Origin: an uncultured bacterium
GTDB lineage: Bacteria > Patescibacteriota > Minisyncoccia > SW-4-49-11
Direction of reading: 5' to 3'
DNA length: 64,000 nt
NCBI GenBank assembly: GCA_937864235.1
Contig: CALMJI010000018.1
Location: 8,939 to 72,938, forward strand
The notes beneath the pieces are model-generated. The model worked only from the letters and a program-made list of their open reading frames with translations. It was not told where the DNA came from and ran no database searches. Of this stretch, positions 1 through 10,748 are shown piece by piece (position 1 is the stretch's first letter; each line of letters begins with the position of its first letter). Both the position numbers and the translations under genes were made by a program.

Positions 1-53
1 AATAGACTTAATATTATCCCAAATATGGCTAAAATTTTATATTTCTTATGCAT
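1..53 (-). CDS. N-terminus of a probable exported or membrane protein, cut by the window edge
   Basis: ATG at 53 reads MHKKYKILAIFGIILSL (basic then hydrophobic); TGGTATAAT extended -10 at about 81-89 on the minus strand. Confidence 0.5.
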   Translation of the reverse strand, partial: MHKKYKILAIFGIILSL

Positions 54-110
54 ATTTATTGATTAATTTTATACTTACTTATTATACCATATAGTTTTGC
101 CGCTTTTCTA

Positions 111-1100
111 TCATATAATTGTGGATAAGTCGGTCTTAGATGATTTATATACTATTAAATCATTGGGTAAATTTGATGAAAATGTATATTCTTTACCTAA
201 ATATTCAAATTTTAATTTACTTGCATGTAAGAATTGTCTACTTATAGAATTCTTATCTTTTTTCTCTAATTTGCCACCGTATAGCTTATCGCCTATTATA
301 GGGTGTCCGATAGATTGCATATGTACGCGAATCTGATGAGTTCTACCTGTATGTATAACTACTTTCAAAATAGTACTATCCGTATACCTTTCTAGAACCC
401 AATATTCACTATGTGCTGTTCTTTGTTTGCCTCTAGATTGTTTGTTAGATATTACCGCTACTCTTTTGGTATGGTCTAATTTTGACCTGATAATGGGGTA
501 TGTTATATTACCATAGTCATTTTTGACTATACCTCTTACTAAACAAATATACTCTTTATAAACCTGTCTATCTTTAAACAGTTTCTTTAAATTGACTAAA
601 GCATTCTGATTACGAGCTATAATTACTAAGCCACTGGTATCTTTATCTATTCTATGGACTATGCCATATCTATGTTGTGCTATTGCTTCTGAGTTTTGCT
701 CTGGATCTACTGCTTGTTTGATTTCTGGGTATTGTGAAATTAGTATATCAACAAGAGAATAAGAGTTAATATTATTCGTTTTATGCATTAATAGTCCAGC
801 CGGTTTATTGACTATCAAAAAGTCTGGGTGTTCAAATATTATTTGCACTTGTTTTGCTAAATCTTTCTTGATACTATCATCCATTGTGATTGATTTTTGC
901 TTTATTTTTATAGTATTTACTTCTATAATATCTCCTATAGAAACTAATTCTTTAGGTTTTGTGATAATTTGACCATTTTTAGAGACTAAATTATTTTTGA
1001 TCAAAACCTGAATTTGTTGTCTAGATATATCCTGCAAAAATTTTGCTAGAAATTTATCTATTCGAGTAGGGATATCTCTATGGTATTGAGTTTTGAACAT
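111..1100 (-). CDS. RluA/RluD-family pseudouridine synthase
   Basis: N-terminal S4-like domain, NKPAGL, HRIDKDTSG with catalytic Asp, GRTHQIRVH, GHPIIGD. Confidence 0.93.
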   Translation of the reverse strand: MFKTQYHRDIPTRIDKFLAKFLQDISRQQIQVLIKNNLVSKNGQIITKPKELVSIGDIIEVNTIKIKQKSITMDDSIKKDLAKQVQIIFEHPDFLIVNKPAGLLMHKTNNINSYSLVDILISQYPEIKQAVDPEQNSEAIAQHRYGIVHRIDKDTSGLVIIARNQNALVNLKKLFKDRQVYKEYICLVRGIVKNDYGNITYPIIRSKLDHTKRVAVISNKQSRGKQRTAHSEYWVLERYTDSTILKVVIHTGRTHQIRVHMQSIGHPIIGDKLYGGKLEKKDKNSISRQFLHASKLKFEYLGKEYTFSSNLPNDLIVYKSSKTDLSTII

Positions 1101-1161
1101 AATAATCTTGACTTTTATGATATAACTGTTACACTTATATTAATTATAGTTTAATATATAT

Positions 1162-2061
1162 ATGAAAAAAATTCAATTTTCTTCTTTCATTTGGATAGAT
1201 ATTAACCCGGATATTCAGGCTGATCTGGATAATTTGGATAATATTATCAATCTCAAAGATACTACTGAGCAAACTCTCAAATCTCCTATTCATCTACAAA
1301 GATTAGAGGAGTACCCTGATTATATGGCGGTAATATTACATTACCCCTTATATGATAAAAAATTAAGAAAAAATCAAGCAGTTGAAATAGATTGTATTTT
1401 AAGTCAAAGTTATTTTGTCACTTCACACAAAGAAAATGTACATTTTATAGATAATATGATGACTAATATAGAGGGAAAAACCTCTCGATTTAATAGTCCT
1501 GTGGATTTGTATATTCACTTGATTGAAAAAATGTTATCTTCTTGTATGACTCCACTTAATCGTATAGCGGGTAAAATTGATTTTATTGAAGAGGAAATAT
1601 TCAAAGGGAATGAGAAAGATATGATATCTGAAATCTCTATTGTCAAAAGAGATGTACTAGATTTTCGTAAAACTATTAGACTACATAAATCTGTTATAGA
1701 TTCATCTATTAGATTAATTCCTCAGTATTTTCCTGATAATCAAGTCAAATCTAAGCATATCACCGATATTGTATCTAGCAATATTCATATTTGGAATATT
1801 ACAGAGAATTTGAAAGAAGCTATTGAAGCCTTTGACCAGACTAATCAGACACTTTTATCTCATAAATTGAACAAAAATATTAAGACTTTAACTACATTCT
1901 CTACGACATTAGCACCTTCCACACTTTTTGTTGGGTTATTAGGTATGAATGCTAGGATGGAATTTTTGAATAATAGTTTAGCATTTTTTATAGCTGCAAT
2001 GATAGCTTTTAGTATATCTTTAGTTTTATATCTATACTTTAGAAGTAGAGATGTGATTTAA
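1162..2061 (+). CDS. corA: CorA-family Mg2+/Co2+ transporter
   Basis: Soluble N-domain followed by two C-terminal TM helices with the GMN motif. Confidence 0.88.
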   Translation: MKKIQFSSFIWIDINPDIQADLDNLDNIINLKDTTEQTLKSPIHLQRLEEYPDYMAVILHYPLYDKKLRKNQAVEIDCILSQSYFVTSHKENVHFIDNMMTNIEGKTSRFNSPVDLYIHLIEKMLSSCMTPLNRIAGKIDFIEEEIFKGNEKDMISEISIVKRDVLDFRKTIRLHKSVIDSSIRLIPQYFPDNQVKSKHITDIVSSNIHIWNITENLKEAIEAFDQTNQTLLSHKLNKNIKTLTTFSTTLAPSTLFVGLLGMNARMEFLNNSLAFFIAAMIAFSISLVLYLYFRSRDVI

Positions 2062-2086
2062 CAAAATTGAATTAAAAAATATTATC

Positions 2087-3355
2087 TTAAAGTGAATCGT
2101 AGTCTCTTATAATAATCTGAGAATCTATTTGTTTCATTGTCTCAAGAATGACTGATACTACAATTAACATACTTGTACCTCCAATAGTAAGAGATTGATT
2201 ACCTGTAAACCCTGTCATTATAAATGGTAATACTGCAATTAAACCTAAGAAAATAGCTCCAAATATAATAATTCTATTAGATACATATTGTAAATATTGA
2301 GCTGTTTTCTCTCCTGGCCTGATACCTGTGACAAATCCGCCTTGTTTCTGTAAATTCTCAGCTACGGCTTTAGGTTCAAATACTATAGTAGTATACACAT
2401 AGGTGAATATCAAAACTAATACAAAGTATATACTTGCATAAGCGACTTGATTAGCTAAAAATGTATTGATATTAGTAGCAATATTCACTACCCAATCAAT
2501 ATTAGTCTGTAATAATAAATTAGCAATAACTTGAGGAAATAATACTAAGGAAACTGCAAATATAATTGGCATCACCCCTGCTTGGTTGACTTTCATTGGA
2601 AGATAAGTATCAACTTGACTATTGACCAATGCTCCTCTGGACTTCTTACTATAAGAAATTGGTATATTTCGCTGTCCTTCAGTAATAATTATAATAGCAT
2701 AAATTACTGCTATTATAATTGCTAAATATATCAAATAAGTAGGTACATCAGCTCTGTTAAAATTAAGTCTGAATTGATTAATAGTAGTGGGTAGGCTAGC
2801 AATAATACCTGCAAAAATAATCAGAGATATTCCATTACCCACTTTCTGATTGGTAATAATCTCTCCTAACCACATCAATCCCATAGTTCCAGCTGTCAAT
2901 AAAGCTATTACTGTAATTACTTGTAAACTAGTAATTTCTTGCACCACCCCAGCACTTCTTAATAATGTCAAAGTAGACATACCTTGTACAATAGCCAAAG
3001 GTACGGTTAACATTCTAGTATATTGATTGAATATTTGTCTTCCCTGCTCTCCCTCTTCCTTATACAAACTATTAAGAGAAGGTACAACCATTGTAAATAG
3101 CTGCATTATAATAGAAGCTGTAATATATGGACCAACTCCTAAAGCTACTAAAGAAAAATTAGAAAACCCACCGCCAGAGAATATATCTAGTAGTCCAAAT
3201 ATCTGATTGGATGATGCAAATTCCTTAATACGATCTACATCAATAGCTGGGATAGGTACTGAGGCTATTAATCTATATATAATTAAAAGTCCTAAAACTA
3301 ATAATAACTTATTTCTTAATTCTGGGGTTTTAGCTATATATAGCCACCTTTTCAT
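2087..3355 (-). CDS. secY: Preprotein translocase SecY
   Basis: LGVGPYITASII, GNGISLIIFAGI, GVMPIIFA, GIRPG, GGTSMLI; follows rplO. Confidence 0.98.
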   Translation of the reverse strand: MKRWLYIAKTPELRNKLLLVLGLLIIYRLIASVPIPAIDVDRIKEFASSNQIFGLLDIFSGGGFSNFSLVALGVGPYITASIIMQLFTMVVPSLNSLYKEEGEQGRQIFNQYTRMLTVPLAIVQGMSTLTLLRSAGVVQEITSLQVITVIALLTAGTMGLMWLGEIITNQKVGNGISLIIFAGIIASLPTTINQFRLNFNRADVPTYLIYLAIIIAVIYAIIIITEGQRNIPISYSKKSRGALVNSQVDTYLPMKVNQAGVMPIIFAVSLVLFPQVIANLLLQTNIDWVVNIATNINTFLANQVAYASIYFVLVLIFTYVYTTIVFEPKAVAENLQKQGGFVTGIRPGEKTAQYLQYVSNRIIIFGAIFLGLIAVLPFIMTGFTGNQSLTIGGTSMLIVVSVILETMKQIDSQIIIRDYDSL

Positions 3356-3415
3356 ATCTATGTCTTAATCTAATATTAGTCTTACAGCCTATAAAATATA
3401 TCTAAATCAAAAGGT

Positions 3416-3880
3416 TTAGATACTATATAAATCTTGTACTGTTTTGGAAGTTACTAAACCTTCAAAGGTAAATTTTTTGGAAATTAACTCACCTGTATTT
3501 TTAGCTAAAACCTTTACTTTGGTTACATTATTAGATACCAATTTAGCTTCAACTAAACTGTTCAAATTAATAACAGATTTATCATCAAATATATTTGCAA
3601 TTGACTCAATATTAACTATTTTATAGCTTATTTTACCTTTTACATTACCAATTCTGTGATGTCCTTGTACCGGAGATTGTCCTCGTCTTTTATGAATAAC
3701 TCGACTCCCTTGACCAGCTAAAGCAGCACTACCTCCTGTAAATAGAGGAGATATTTTGGCTCCTGATCGAGACTTTTGTCCTTTTTGTCCCTTCCCACTA
3801 TAAGTACCCCGTTTTCCACCACGGCCAATACGCTTACGAGACTTTTGTGATAAATTTGAAGATAATGTGTGAATATGCAT
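3416..3880 (-). CDS. rplO: 50S ribosomal protein uL15
   Basis: RIGRGG..GKGQKGQKSRSG; located before secY. Confidence 0.93.
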   Translation of the reverse strand: MHIHTLSSNLSQKSRKRIGRGGKRGTYSGKGQKGQKSRSGAKISPLFTGGSAALAGQGSRVIHKRRGQSPVQGHHRIGNVKGKISYKIVNIESIANIFDDKSVINLNSLVEAKLVSNNVTKVKVLAKNTGELISKKFTFEGLVTSKTVQDLYSI

Positions 3881-3881
3881 A

Positions 3882-4343
3882 CTATTGTGTCTTTAATAAA
3901 GCTTTTACAGTGGCTCTGGCGTTATTTAGCTTATTATTACCACCCAACATTTTTGCAGTTATATTTTTGATACCTACTAAATCTACTACTATTCTAGTAG
4001 CTCCTCCAGCTACAATTCCTTTTCCTTCTTTAGCTGGTTTTAGAATAACCTTAGCACTTCCAAATTTAGCAGTTTCATCCACTGGCACTGTACCTGTATT
4101 AACATCAATTTTTACTAATTTTTTCTTAGCAGCATTAATAGCTTTATCAATAGCAATAGAGGTATCAGCTCCTTTACCTACACCTACACCTACTTTACCA
4201 TTTCTATCCCCTATAACTACAGCAGCTCTAAATGAAAATCTTCTTCCTCCTGCCATAACACGGGCTACTCTTGCTATATCAAGTACTTTATGATCATATT
4301 CTCTTTTTTCTGGCTGTCGTGATTGTTGTTGACGCTTTGACAT
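3882..4343 (-). CDS. rpsE: 30S ribosomal protein uS5
   Basis: RVMAGGRRFSFRA, GIVAGG. Confidence 0.97.
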   Translation of the reverse strand: MSKRQQQSRQPEKREYDHKVLDIARVARVMAGGRRFSFRAAVVIGDRNGKVGVGVGKGADTSIAIDKAINAAKKKLVKIDVNTGTVPVDETAKFGSAKVILKPAKEGKGIVAGGATRIVVDLVGIKNITAKMLGGNNKLNNARATVKALLKTQ

Positions 4344-4348
4344 AATTA

Positions 4349-4705
4349 TTAAACTATTAATCCTGATTTACGAACTCCTTCAGCAAAAGCAGCTATTTTA
4401 CCTGTATATTTACGACCTCTTCTATCAAATACAGCTCGATGAATGTTTTTTTGAAGAGCCATCTCTGCTAATTTTTGACCTAATTTTTCAGATTCACTTA
4501 CAGTAATATTATTGGAGCTTGTAATTGCTTTACTATGAATTCCGATCAAAGTAACTCCTTTAATATCGTCTATTAACTGAGCATAGATACTAGTATTGCT
4601 CTTAGATACAGCTAATCTAGGAATAGTAGAGGTTCCAGAGATTTTACCTCTAACTCTTACTTTTCTTCTTGCTAATCTACTCTGTTTATCCAAAATTTCT
4701 TTCAT
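4349..4705 (-). CDS. rplR: 50S ribosomal protein uL18
   Basis: PRLAVSKSN..IYAQLIDD, VFDR. Confidence 0.96.
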   Translation of the reverse strand: MKEILDKQSRLARRKVRVRGKISGTSTIPRLAVSKSNTSIYAQLIDDIKGVTLIGIHSKAITSSNNITVSESEKLGQKLAEMALQKNIHRAVFDRRGRKYTGKIAAFAEGVRKSGLIV

Positions 4706-4758
4706 ACTATATACATTATAAACAATACTATATCATATTTAACTTAATATTTCAAGTA

Positions 4759-5295
4759 TTAAGAAGATGTCTTCTTACCTACTTTCATTCTTACAAATTC
4801 ATCATCATATCTGACACCCTTACCTTTATAAGGTTCTGGTGGTCTGGTAGATCTAATATTTGCAGAAACCTGTCCAACTAATTCTTTATTAATACCCTTT
4901 ACTAAAATGGTATTTTTTTCTACTTCAAAGGTTATTCCTTCTGGAGCAGTTACTTCAATAGGATGTGAATATCCTAGATTAAGAACCAAAGTCTGACCTT
5001 GTAGAACTACTCTATATCCTACTCCTTCAATTCTTAATTTTTTTGTAAATCCCTCAGTTACTCCTGTAATCATATTCTGAAGTAAAGCTCTATATAATCC
5101 CCAAAAAGCACTAACATTTTTGATTTGCTCTTTAGGAGTTACAAAAACTTTATTTTCTCCTATTTCAAAGGAAATTGGATGGCTTACTACTTGTTGTAAA
5201 CTACCTTGAGGTCCAGTAACTTTTAAAATGTTATCTTCTAATATTACTGAGACATCTTTAGGGATTTGGATTGGCTTTTTACCTACTCTTGACAT
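4759..5295 (-). CDS. rplF: 50S ribosomal protein uL6
   Basis: MSRVGKKPI, GVGYR, PEPYKGKG. Confidence 0.98.
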   Translation of the reverse strand: MSRVGKKPIQIPKDVSVILEDNILKVTGPQGSLQQVVSHPISFEIGENKVFVTPKEQIKNVSAFWGLYRALLQNMITGVTEGFTKKLRIEGVGYRVVLQGQTLVLNLGYSHPIEVTAPEGITFEVEKNTILVKGINKELVGQVSANIRSTRPPEPYKGKGVRYDDEFVRMKVGKKTSS

Positions 5296-5316
5296 AATCT
5301 TATATTTACCTTATTA

Positions 5317-5706
5317 CTACCAAACTTGACAGATAATTTCACCTCCCAATTTTTCTCTCTTGGCGGTATTGGCATCAATAATACCTTTGGAGGTAGACAC
5401 TACTACAGTACCTTTTCCATACTTAAATTGAGTAGGCAAATCTTGTGCTCCAGAATAAACTCTTCTACCTGGCTTACTAACTCTATCTATACCTTTAATA
5501 CCATCTTTTTTGAGAGTGATTACAATTAAAGGGAAGCCTTTTTCTTGCTCTTGCTTTTCTACAGCTGTTACAAATTTTCTAGTCTTTAATAATTTAGCAA
5601 TTTCAAATTTAAGCTTAGAGAAAGGAATAAGAACCTCTCTCTTATTAACAAGCTGAGCATTACGAATTCTGGTTAACATGTCTGCAATAGGGTCTGAAGT
5701 ATTCAT
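5317..5706 (-). CDS. rpsH: 30S ribosomal protein uS8 (start revised to MNTSDPIAD)
   Basis: DPIADMLTRIRNA, SKPGRRVY, GGEIIC; the ORF-track start overlaps rpsN. Confidence 0.96.
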   Translation of the reverse strand: MNTSDPIADMLTRIRNAQLVNKREVLIPFSKLKFEIAKLLKTRKFVTAVEKQEQEKGFPLIVITLKKDGIKGIDRVSKPGRRVYSGAQDLPTQFKYGKGTVVVSTSKGIIDANTAKREKLGGEIICQVW

Positions 5707-5717
5707 ATATCTTATAA

Positions 5718-5903
5718 TTACCAACTAGATTTTTTAACACCTGGAATTACTCCTTGTGAAGCCATTTCTCTAAAACAAATTCTACATAATCCAAAGTCTC
5801 GCATATAACCTCGATGTCGTCCACAACTAAAACATCGATTTACTCCTCTAGTCATAAATTTTTGCTTCTTCTTAGATTTTGCAATGTGTGCTTCTGTAGC
5901 CAT
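5718..5903 (-). CDS. rpsN: 30S ribosomal protein uS14, zinc-binding type Z
   Basis: 61 aa, [16 protein letters not shown]. Confidence 0.97.
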   Translation of the reverse strand: MATEAHIAKSKKKQKFMTRGVNRCFSCGRHRGYMRDFGLCRICFREMASQGVIPGVKKSSW

Positions 5904-5914
5904 ATAGTATAATA

Positions 5915-6454
5915 TTATTGTTTAAATGGGAATCCCATTGATTTTAATAAATAAAGACTTTTTTCCTTATTAGAATTAGAAATTGTAATATTAACTTGCA
6001 TCCCAAAGTTAATACCAAGCTCTTCATTAGATAATTCTGGAAAAATAATCTGTTCCTTAATACCAAAGTTTACATTACCCTTAGCATCAATTTTAGTAGA
6101 TTCGATACCTTGAAAATCTCGAGTTCGAGGAAGAGCAATACTAATCAATCTATCTAGAAAATCATACATTCTATCCCCTCTCAAAGTAACTTTAAGAGCT
6201 ATAGTCATACCTTTTCTAGTTTTAAATTGAGCAATTGAGCTTTTAGCAGCTACTGAAATTGGATATTGAGCTGCAATTGTAGTTAAGACAGATTTAACTT
6301 TCTCAAATTTTTGTACATCACGAAAATTCTTTCCAGTTCCAACATTGAGAGTAATTTTCTCTATTTTAGGGGCTGCAAATACATTAGTTACACCAAACTC
6401 TTTCATTAGCTCTGGCTTCAAACTTTCTTGATAACGTGTTTTCAAACTTGACAT
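5915..6454 (-). CDS. rplE: 50S ribosomal protein uL5
   Basis: [32 protein letters not shown]. Confidence 0.97.
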   Translation of the reverse strand: MSSLKTRYQESLKPELMKEFGVTNVFAAPKIEKITLNVGTGKNFRDVQKFEKVKSVLTTIAAQYPISVAAKSSIAQFKTRKGMTIALKVTLRGDRMYDFLDRLISIALPRTRDFQGIESTKIDAKGNVNFGIKEQIIFPELSNEELGINFGMQVNITISNSNKEKSLYLLKSMGFPFKQ

Positions 6455-6455
6455 A

Positions 6456-6761
6456 CTACAATTCTTTATTCAACTTATGACTATATCGCACTTTTTTTCC
6501 CTCTAATAATTTATATGAAACTTTAGTACGAGTAGAGGTCTCTGAATCTACAAAAGCTACATTTGAAATGTGTATAGTAGAAGGCTTCTCTATAATAGTT
6601 CCAATCTCTCCATTTTGACGAGGTTTCTGATGTTTTTTGACTAGCATTACGCCTTCAACACGAACTCTATTTCGAGATGGAATAACTTCTATAACCTTAC
6701 CTCTCTTACCTTTATCTTTCCCGGTTATAACCTCTACAATGTCATTTTTACGAATCTTCAT
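6456..6761 (-). CDS. rplX: 50S ribosomal protein uL24
   Basis: KOW motif VITGKDKGKRG, IHISNV. Confidence 0.97.
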   Translation of the reverse strand: MKIRKNDIVEVITGKDKGKRGKVIEVIPSRNRVRVEGVMLVKKHQKPRQNGEIGTIIEKPSTIHISNVAFVDSETSTRTKVSYKLLEGKKVRYSHKLNKEL

Positions 6762-6774
6762 ACTATTACTATAA

Positions 6775-7143
6775 TTACAACACTTCTGGTGCTAATGATA
6801 CGATTTTCATATATCCAGACTCTCTGATTTCTCTAGCAATTGGTCCGAATACACGAGTACCTACAGGTTCTTTATTACCATTAATAATAACTGCTGCATT
6901 CTCATTAAATCTAATATAAGAACCATCGGCTCTACGATATTCTTTACATTGTCTCACAATAACAGCTTTTACAACATCTCCCTTTTTGACAGTTGCTCTT
7001 GGTTCTGCGCTTTTAACAGAAGCTACAATAATATCCCCTAATTGAGCATATCTTTTACGAGTTCCACCTAAAACATTGAAACATTCAATAATTTTTGCTC
7101 CTGAATTATCAGCTACTTTTAACTTAGTCTCTTTCTGAATCAT
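6775..7143 (-). CDS. rplN: 50S ribosomal protein uL14
   Basis: [22 protein letters not shown]. Confidence 0.99.
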   Translation of the reverse strand: MIQKETKLKVADNSGAKIIECFNVLGGTRKRYAQLGDIIVASVKSAEPRATVKKGDVVKAVIVRQCKEYRRADGSYIRFNENAAVIINGNKEPVGTRVFGPIAREIRESGYMKIVSLAPEVL

Positions 7144-7144
7144 A

Positions 7145-7402
7145 TTATTGTATTACTATCCATCTCTTATGCTTAGACATAGGCTTTGATTCTCTAATCA
7201 TTACCTCATCTCCAACTTGAATTGAATCATTCTCATTATGTGCTTTATACTTTTTGGTAACAGTATATCTCTTTTTATAAAGAGGATCTAATTTAGTCTT
7301 GTTTACAGCAACAACTACAGTCTTTTGCATAGCAGTAGATACCACTTTACCTTTTAGAGTTCTCTTATTAGCTGTATTAGATGTGATTATAGTATCGGAC
7401 AT
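7145..7402 (-). CDS. rpsQ: 30S ribosomal protein uS17
   Basis: [23 protein letters not shown]. Confidence 0.97.
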   Translation of the reverse strand: MSDTIITSNTANKRTLKGKVVSTAMQKTVVVAVNKTKLDPLYKKRYTVTKKYKAHNENDSIQVGDEVMIRESKPMSKHKRWIVIQ

Positions 7403-7404
7403 AA

Positions 7405-7596
7405 TTATTTCGATGATTGATTCAATAATGTTTTAATGCGGGCAATATCTCTTCTAAGTGTTGTCAAAGATGAACTATTAGTTTTTTGAGATGGATCACT
7501 TTTTATAAAAGTCAACTTACCTAATTCTACTTGTTTGTCAGATAGAATATTACGTAATTCTTCTTGTGACTTATTATTGTATAGTTCCTTACTCAT
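7405..7596 (-). CDS. rpmC: 50S ribosomal protein uL29
   Basis: RRDIARIKT; between rplP and rpsQ. Confidence 0.93.
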   Translation of the reverse strand: MSKELYNNKSQEELRNILSDKQVELGKLTFIKSDPSQKTNSSSLTTLRRDIARIKTLLNQSSK

Positions 7597-7637
7597 AACC
7601 TATGATCTTCTTAACACATTAATATAGCATAAAGAAT

Positions 7638-7666
7638 ATTATATCTAATTTTTTAGCATAAGTCAA
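7638..7666 (-). promoter_or_regulatory. Sigma70 promoter inside the r-protein cluster, upstream of rpmC
   Basis: TTGACT-17bp-TATAAT in a 78-bp intergenic gap. Confidence 0.75.
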
Positions 7667-7674
7667 GCCTTTTA

Positions 7675-8094
7675 TTAGTCTTTACTAATAAATTTGGTCT
7701 TAACAGGTAATTTTGCTCCTGCTCTTCTCAAAGCTTCGGCCGCTACTTCAGGAGAAACACCATCAATCTCAAAGAGAATTTTACCAGCTTTAAGGTTAAC
7801 CACATAGTGATCAACGGCTCCTTTTCCTTTTCCCATACCTACTTCGGCACTTTTAGCAGTAATAGGTTTATGTGGGAAAATTCTAATCCAAACCTTACCT
7901 CCTCTAGAAGTATATCTAGTGATAGCTCTTCTGGCTGATTCAATTTGTCTTGCGGTAATCCACTTAGCTTCAGTAGCTTTGAGTCCATATGAACCAAATG
8001 ATAGCTCTATACCTCTTGAAGCAGGGCTAAGCTTATCTGAAGGCTTTCCTTTATGAACTTTTCTATGCTTGGTCTTTCTTGGTGCTAATAACAT
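7675..8094 (-). CDS. rplP: 50S ribosomal protein uL16
   Basis: [22 protein letters not shown]. Confidence 0.98.
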   Translation of the reverse strand: MLLAPRKTKHRKVHKGKPSDKLSPASRGIELSFGSYGLKATEAKWITARQIESARRAITRYTSRGGKVWIRIFPHKPITAKSAEVGMGKGKGAVDHYVVNLKAGKILFEIDGVSPEVAAEALRRAGAKLPVKTKFISKD

Positions 8095-8113
8095 AATACT
8101 ATTCTTAAGTTAA

Positions 8114-8761
8114 TTAATTCTCATCTGCTACTACATCGCCTTTATATATCCAAACTTTAATTCCTGTAGTTCCATACTTGGTATAAGCAGTTTTTTTAGC
8201 AAAATCAATATTAGCTCTAAGAGTAGCTAGAGGAATTTTACCTTTAGTCAAATATTCTGCTCTGGACATCTCAGCACCATCTAGTCTACCACTTAATAGA
8301 ATTTTTACTCCCTTTACATTATGACTTTGATAAACATTATCTATGGTTTGCTTCAAAACTCTTCTAAATGGAATTCTTTTTTCTAATTGCTCAGCAATAT
8401 TTTCTCCTATAATAGAGGCATTTTCATTAGGATTTTTTATTTCTTCCACAGTTAATCTAAGGTCAATTTGAGTTCCTATTAATTGCTTAATATTTTTCTT
8501 CAAAGCCTCAATTCCAGCTCCACCTCTTCCAATAATCATACCAGCTCTTGAGGTATGTATAATAATATTAATCAGTCTTGGACTTCTTTCAATATCAATA
8601 TTACTTATGCCTGATTTAGGTAAAGTTTTATTGATATATTTACGGATTTTAGCATCTTCCTGTAAATCTTTAGGTAAATTACGAGTAGTACCGAACCAAC
8701 GAGAGTTCCAATTTTTGGTAACTCCTAATCTATATAAATTTGCTGAAATCTTATTTCCCAT
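8114..8761 (-). CDS. rpsC: 30S ribosomal protein uS3
   Basis: KH domain IIGRGG, GRLDGAEMSR, PLATLRANID. Confidence 0.98.
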   Translation of the reverse strand: MGNKISANLYRLGVTKNWNSRWFGTTRNLPKDLQEDAKIRKYINKTLPKSGISNIDIERSPRLINIIIHTSRAGMIIGRGGAGIEALKKNIKQLIGTQIDLRLTVEEIKNPNENASIIGENIAEQLEKRIPFRRVLKQTIDNVYQSHNVKGVKILLSGRLDGAEMSRAEYLTKGKIPLATLRANIDFAKKTAYTKYGTTGIKVWIYKGDVVADEN

Positions 8762-8770
8762 ATATCTAAA

Positions 8771-9292
8771 TTATTTATCGCTAACGGTTTTTTTGGTAGC
8801 TTTACTAGTAACGGCTTTTTTAGGTACAGTAGTTTTTTTGGTACTTTTAGCAACTGTAGCTTTAGGCTTAGATGATTTTGTTTCAGACTTAGTTGCTACA
8901 ACTTCTTTTACCACTTTCTCTTCTGTCTTCTCTGTCTTTAATTTACGCTTCTTGACAATATCTAATTCGGTTAAAGTCAAACTAATATGTGAACTTCTTT
9001 TACGGATGGTATAAGCTCTTCCAAATGCACGTGGTCTAAATCTTTTTAATGTCATTCCAGCATCTACAAAAATCTTATCGATTTTTAATTGAGATTCTAA
9101 TACAGAGTCTTGTTTTTTAGCATTAGCTACAGCTGATTGAATTAGTTTCTTGACTGGTAAACTAGATTTTTTATAAACAGTATCAAGTATCAAAATAGCT
9201 TCTCGCACTGATTTACCACGCACAGCATCTACTACAAGACGAGTTTTTCTTGGGCTGATTCTAAGATTTTTAAGAGTTGCATTCCATTCCAT
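8771..9292 (-). CDS. rplV: 50S ribosomal protein uL22 with a K/T/A-rich C-terminal tail
   Basis: ISPRKTRLV, PRAFGRA, SHI; about 60-aa low-complexity tail. Confidence 0.96.
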   Translation of the reverse strand: MEWNATLKNLRISPRKTRLVVDAVRGKSVREAILILDTVYKKSSLPVKKLIQSAVANAKKQDSVLESQLKIDKIFVDAGMTLKRFRPRAFGRAYTIRKRSSHISLTLTELDIVKKRKLKTEKTEEKVVKEVVATKSETKSSKPKATVAKSTKKTTVPKKAVTSKATKKTVSDK

Positions 9293-9300
9293 AAAGATAC

Positions 9301-9567
9301 TTATTTAACTTTCTTACCTCCGTGACCGATAAATTTACGAGTTGGGGAAAATTCTCCTAATTTATGACCAACCATATCTTCTTTAACATAAACTGAGATA
9401 TGAGTTTTTCCATTGTGTACTCCAAAGGTAAAACCTACCATTTCTGGGGTAATTGTACTATGACGAGCCCAAGTTTTGATAATAGTAGAGTCTCCTGGTT
9501 TCAAGGCTGAAACCTTAGCAATAAGCTTTTCATCAATATATGGACCTTTTTTAAGACTTCTTGACAT
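9301..9567 (-). CDS. rpsS: 30S ribosomal protein uS19
   Basis: [22 protein letters not shown]. Confidence 0.99.
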   Translation of the reverse strand: MSRSLKKGPYIDEKLIAKVSALKPGDSTIIKTWARHSTITPEMVGFTFGVHNGKTHISVYVKEDMVGHKLGEFSPTRKFIGHGGKKVK

Positions 9568-9577
9568 ATACTTATAA

Positions 9578-10405
9578 TTATTTTCTTCTACTTATAATAA
9601 ACTTGTTACTAGACTTATTCTTCTTACGAGTCTTTTTACCTAGAGCAATTTTACCCCAAGGAGTCTTAGGAGATTTAAGACCAATTGGTTGTCTTCCTTC
9701 TCCTCCTCCATGTGGATGATCCACCGGATTCATAGCACTTCCTCGAACAGCTGGTCTAACACCTCGCCATCTATTTCGTCCAGCTTTTCCAATATTTTCT
9801 AACATATGAGATTCATTGCTAACTCTGCCAATGCTAGCATATACTGTTTTATGTACTTTTCTTACTTCACCTGAAGGTAATTTTACAAGAGCATAATTCT
9901 CTTCAACTGCAAGCACTTGACCTGCACTACCAGCTGAGCGAATTATTTGACCTCCCTTACCTGGGAATAGTTCCAAATTATAAATTTCGGTACCAACTGG
10001 AATATACTCAAGAGTTAAACGATTTCCAGCTACTAATGGAGCTTGTTTACTAAAAGTTAGTTTTTGCCCCACAGATAATTTAGATGGAGCCAAAATATAT
10101 GACTTAACACCATCAGTATATGTAATAAGTGCAATAAATCCAGAACGATTAGGATCATATTCTATAGACTTCACAATAGCATCAATATCAAATCGCTTCT
10201 GCTTGAAGTCAACTAATCTATACATTCGCTTATTGCGTCCTCCTTTATGTCTAACAGTTATAACTCCTCTTGAGTTTCTACCTGACATAGAGTTAATTGG
10301 AGCTAATAGAGACTTTTCTGGAGTAGTTTTAGTTAAAACAGCTCGATAGTCGACTACTGAACTTTTTCTTCTTCCTGAAGTGGTAGGTTTACGGTGCTTA
10401 ATCAT
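9578..10405 (-). CDS. rplB: 50S ribosomal protein uL2
   Basis: [21 protein letters not shown]. Confidence 0.99.
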   Translation of the reverse strand: MIKHRKPTTSGRRKSSVVDYRAVLTKTTPEKSLLAPINSMSGRNSRGVITVRHKGGRNKRMYRLVDFKQKRFDIDAIVKSIEYDPNRSGFIALITYTDGVKSYILAPSKLSVGQKLTFSKQAPLVAGNRLTLEYIPVGTEIYNLELFPGKGGQIIRSAGSAGQVLAVEENYALVKLPSGEVRKVHKTVYASIGRVSNESHMLENIGKAGRNRWRGVRPAVRGSAMNPVDHPHGGGEGRQPIGLKSPKTPWGKIALGKKTRKKNKSSNKFIISRRK

Positions 10406-10410
10406 ACTTA

Positions 10411-10737
10411 CTAAATAGTGATACTATATCCTTCTTGTAGGGAAACAATAGCTTTTTTATAACTACTGGTCTTTCCTTTTTTACCTCGAACGAATACATT
10501 TCTTGGTTTAATATTAATAACTCTTACTTGAGAAACCTTGACATTATACAACAATTCTACAGCTTTTGCAATCTCTTGTTTGTTAGAGGCTTTACCTACT
10601 TCAAAAGAATACTTTCTATTCTGAAATAGAGAATAACTTTTTTCAGTAATAATAGGTTTAATCAAAACCTGATAAGACCCAACATTATGACTTAATTCTT
10701 GTATAGATTCATTGTTAACTTCTTTCTTCTTTGCCAT
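10411..10737 (-). CDS. rplW: 50S ribosomal protein uL23
   Basis: PIITEKS, KKAIVSL. Confidence 0.96.
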   Translation of the reverse strand: MAKKKEVNNESIQELSHNVGSYQVLIKPIITEKSYSLFQNRKYSFEVGKASNKQEIAKAVELLYNVKVSQVRVINIKPRNVFVRGKKGKTSSYKKAIVSLQEGYSITI

Positions 10738-10748
10738 ATCTTGAAAAA

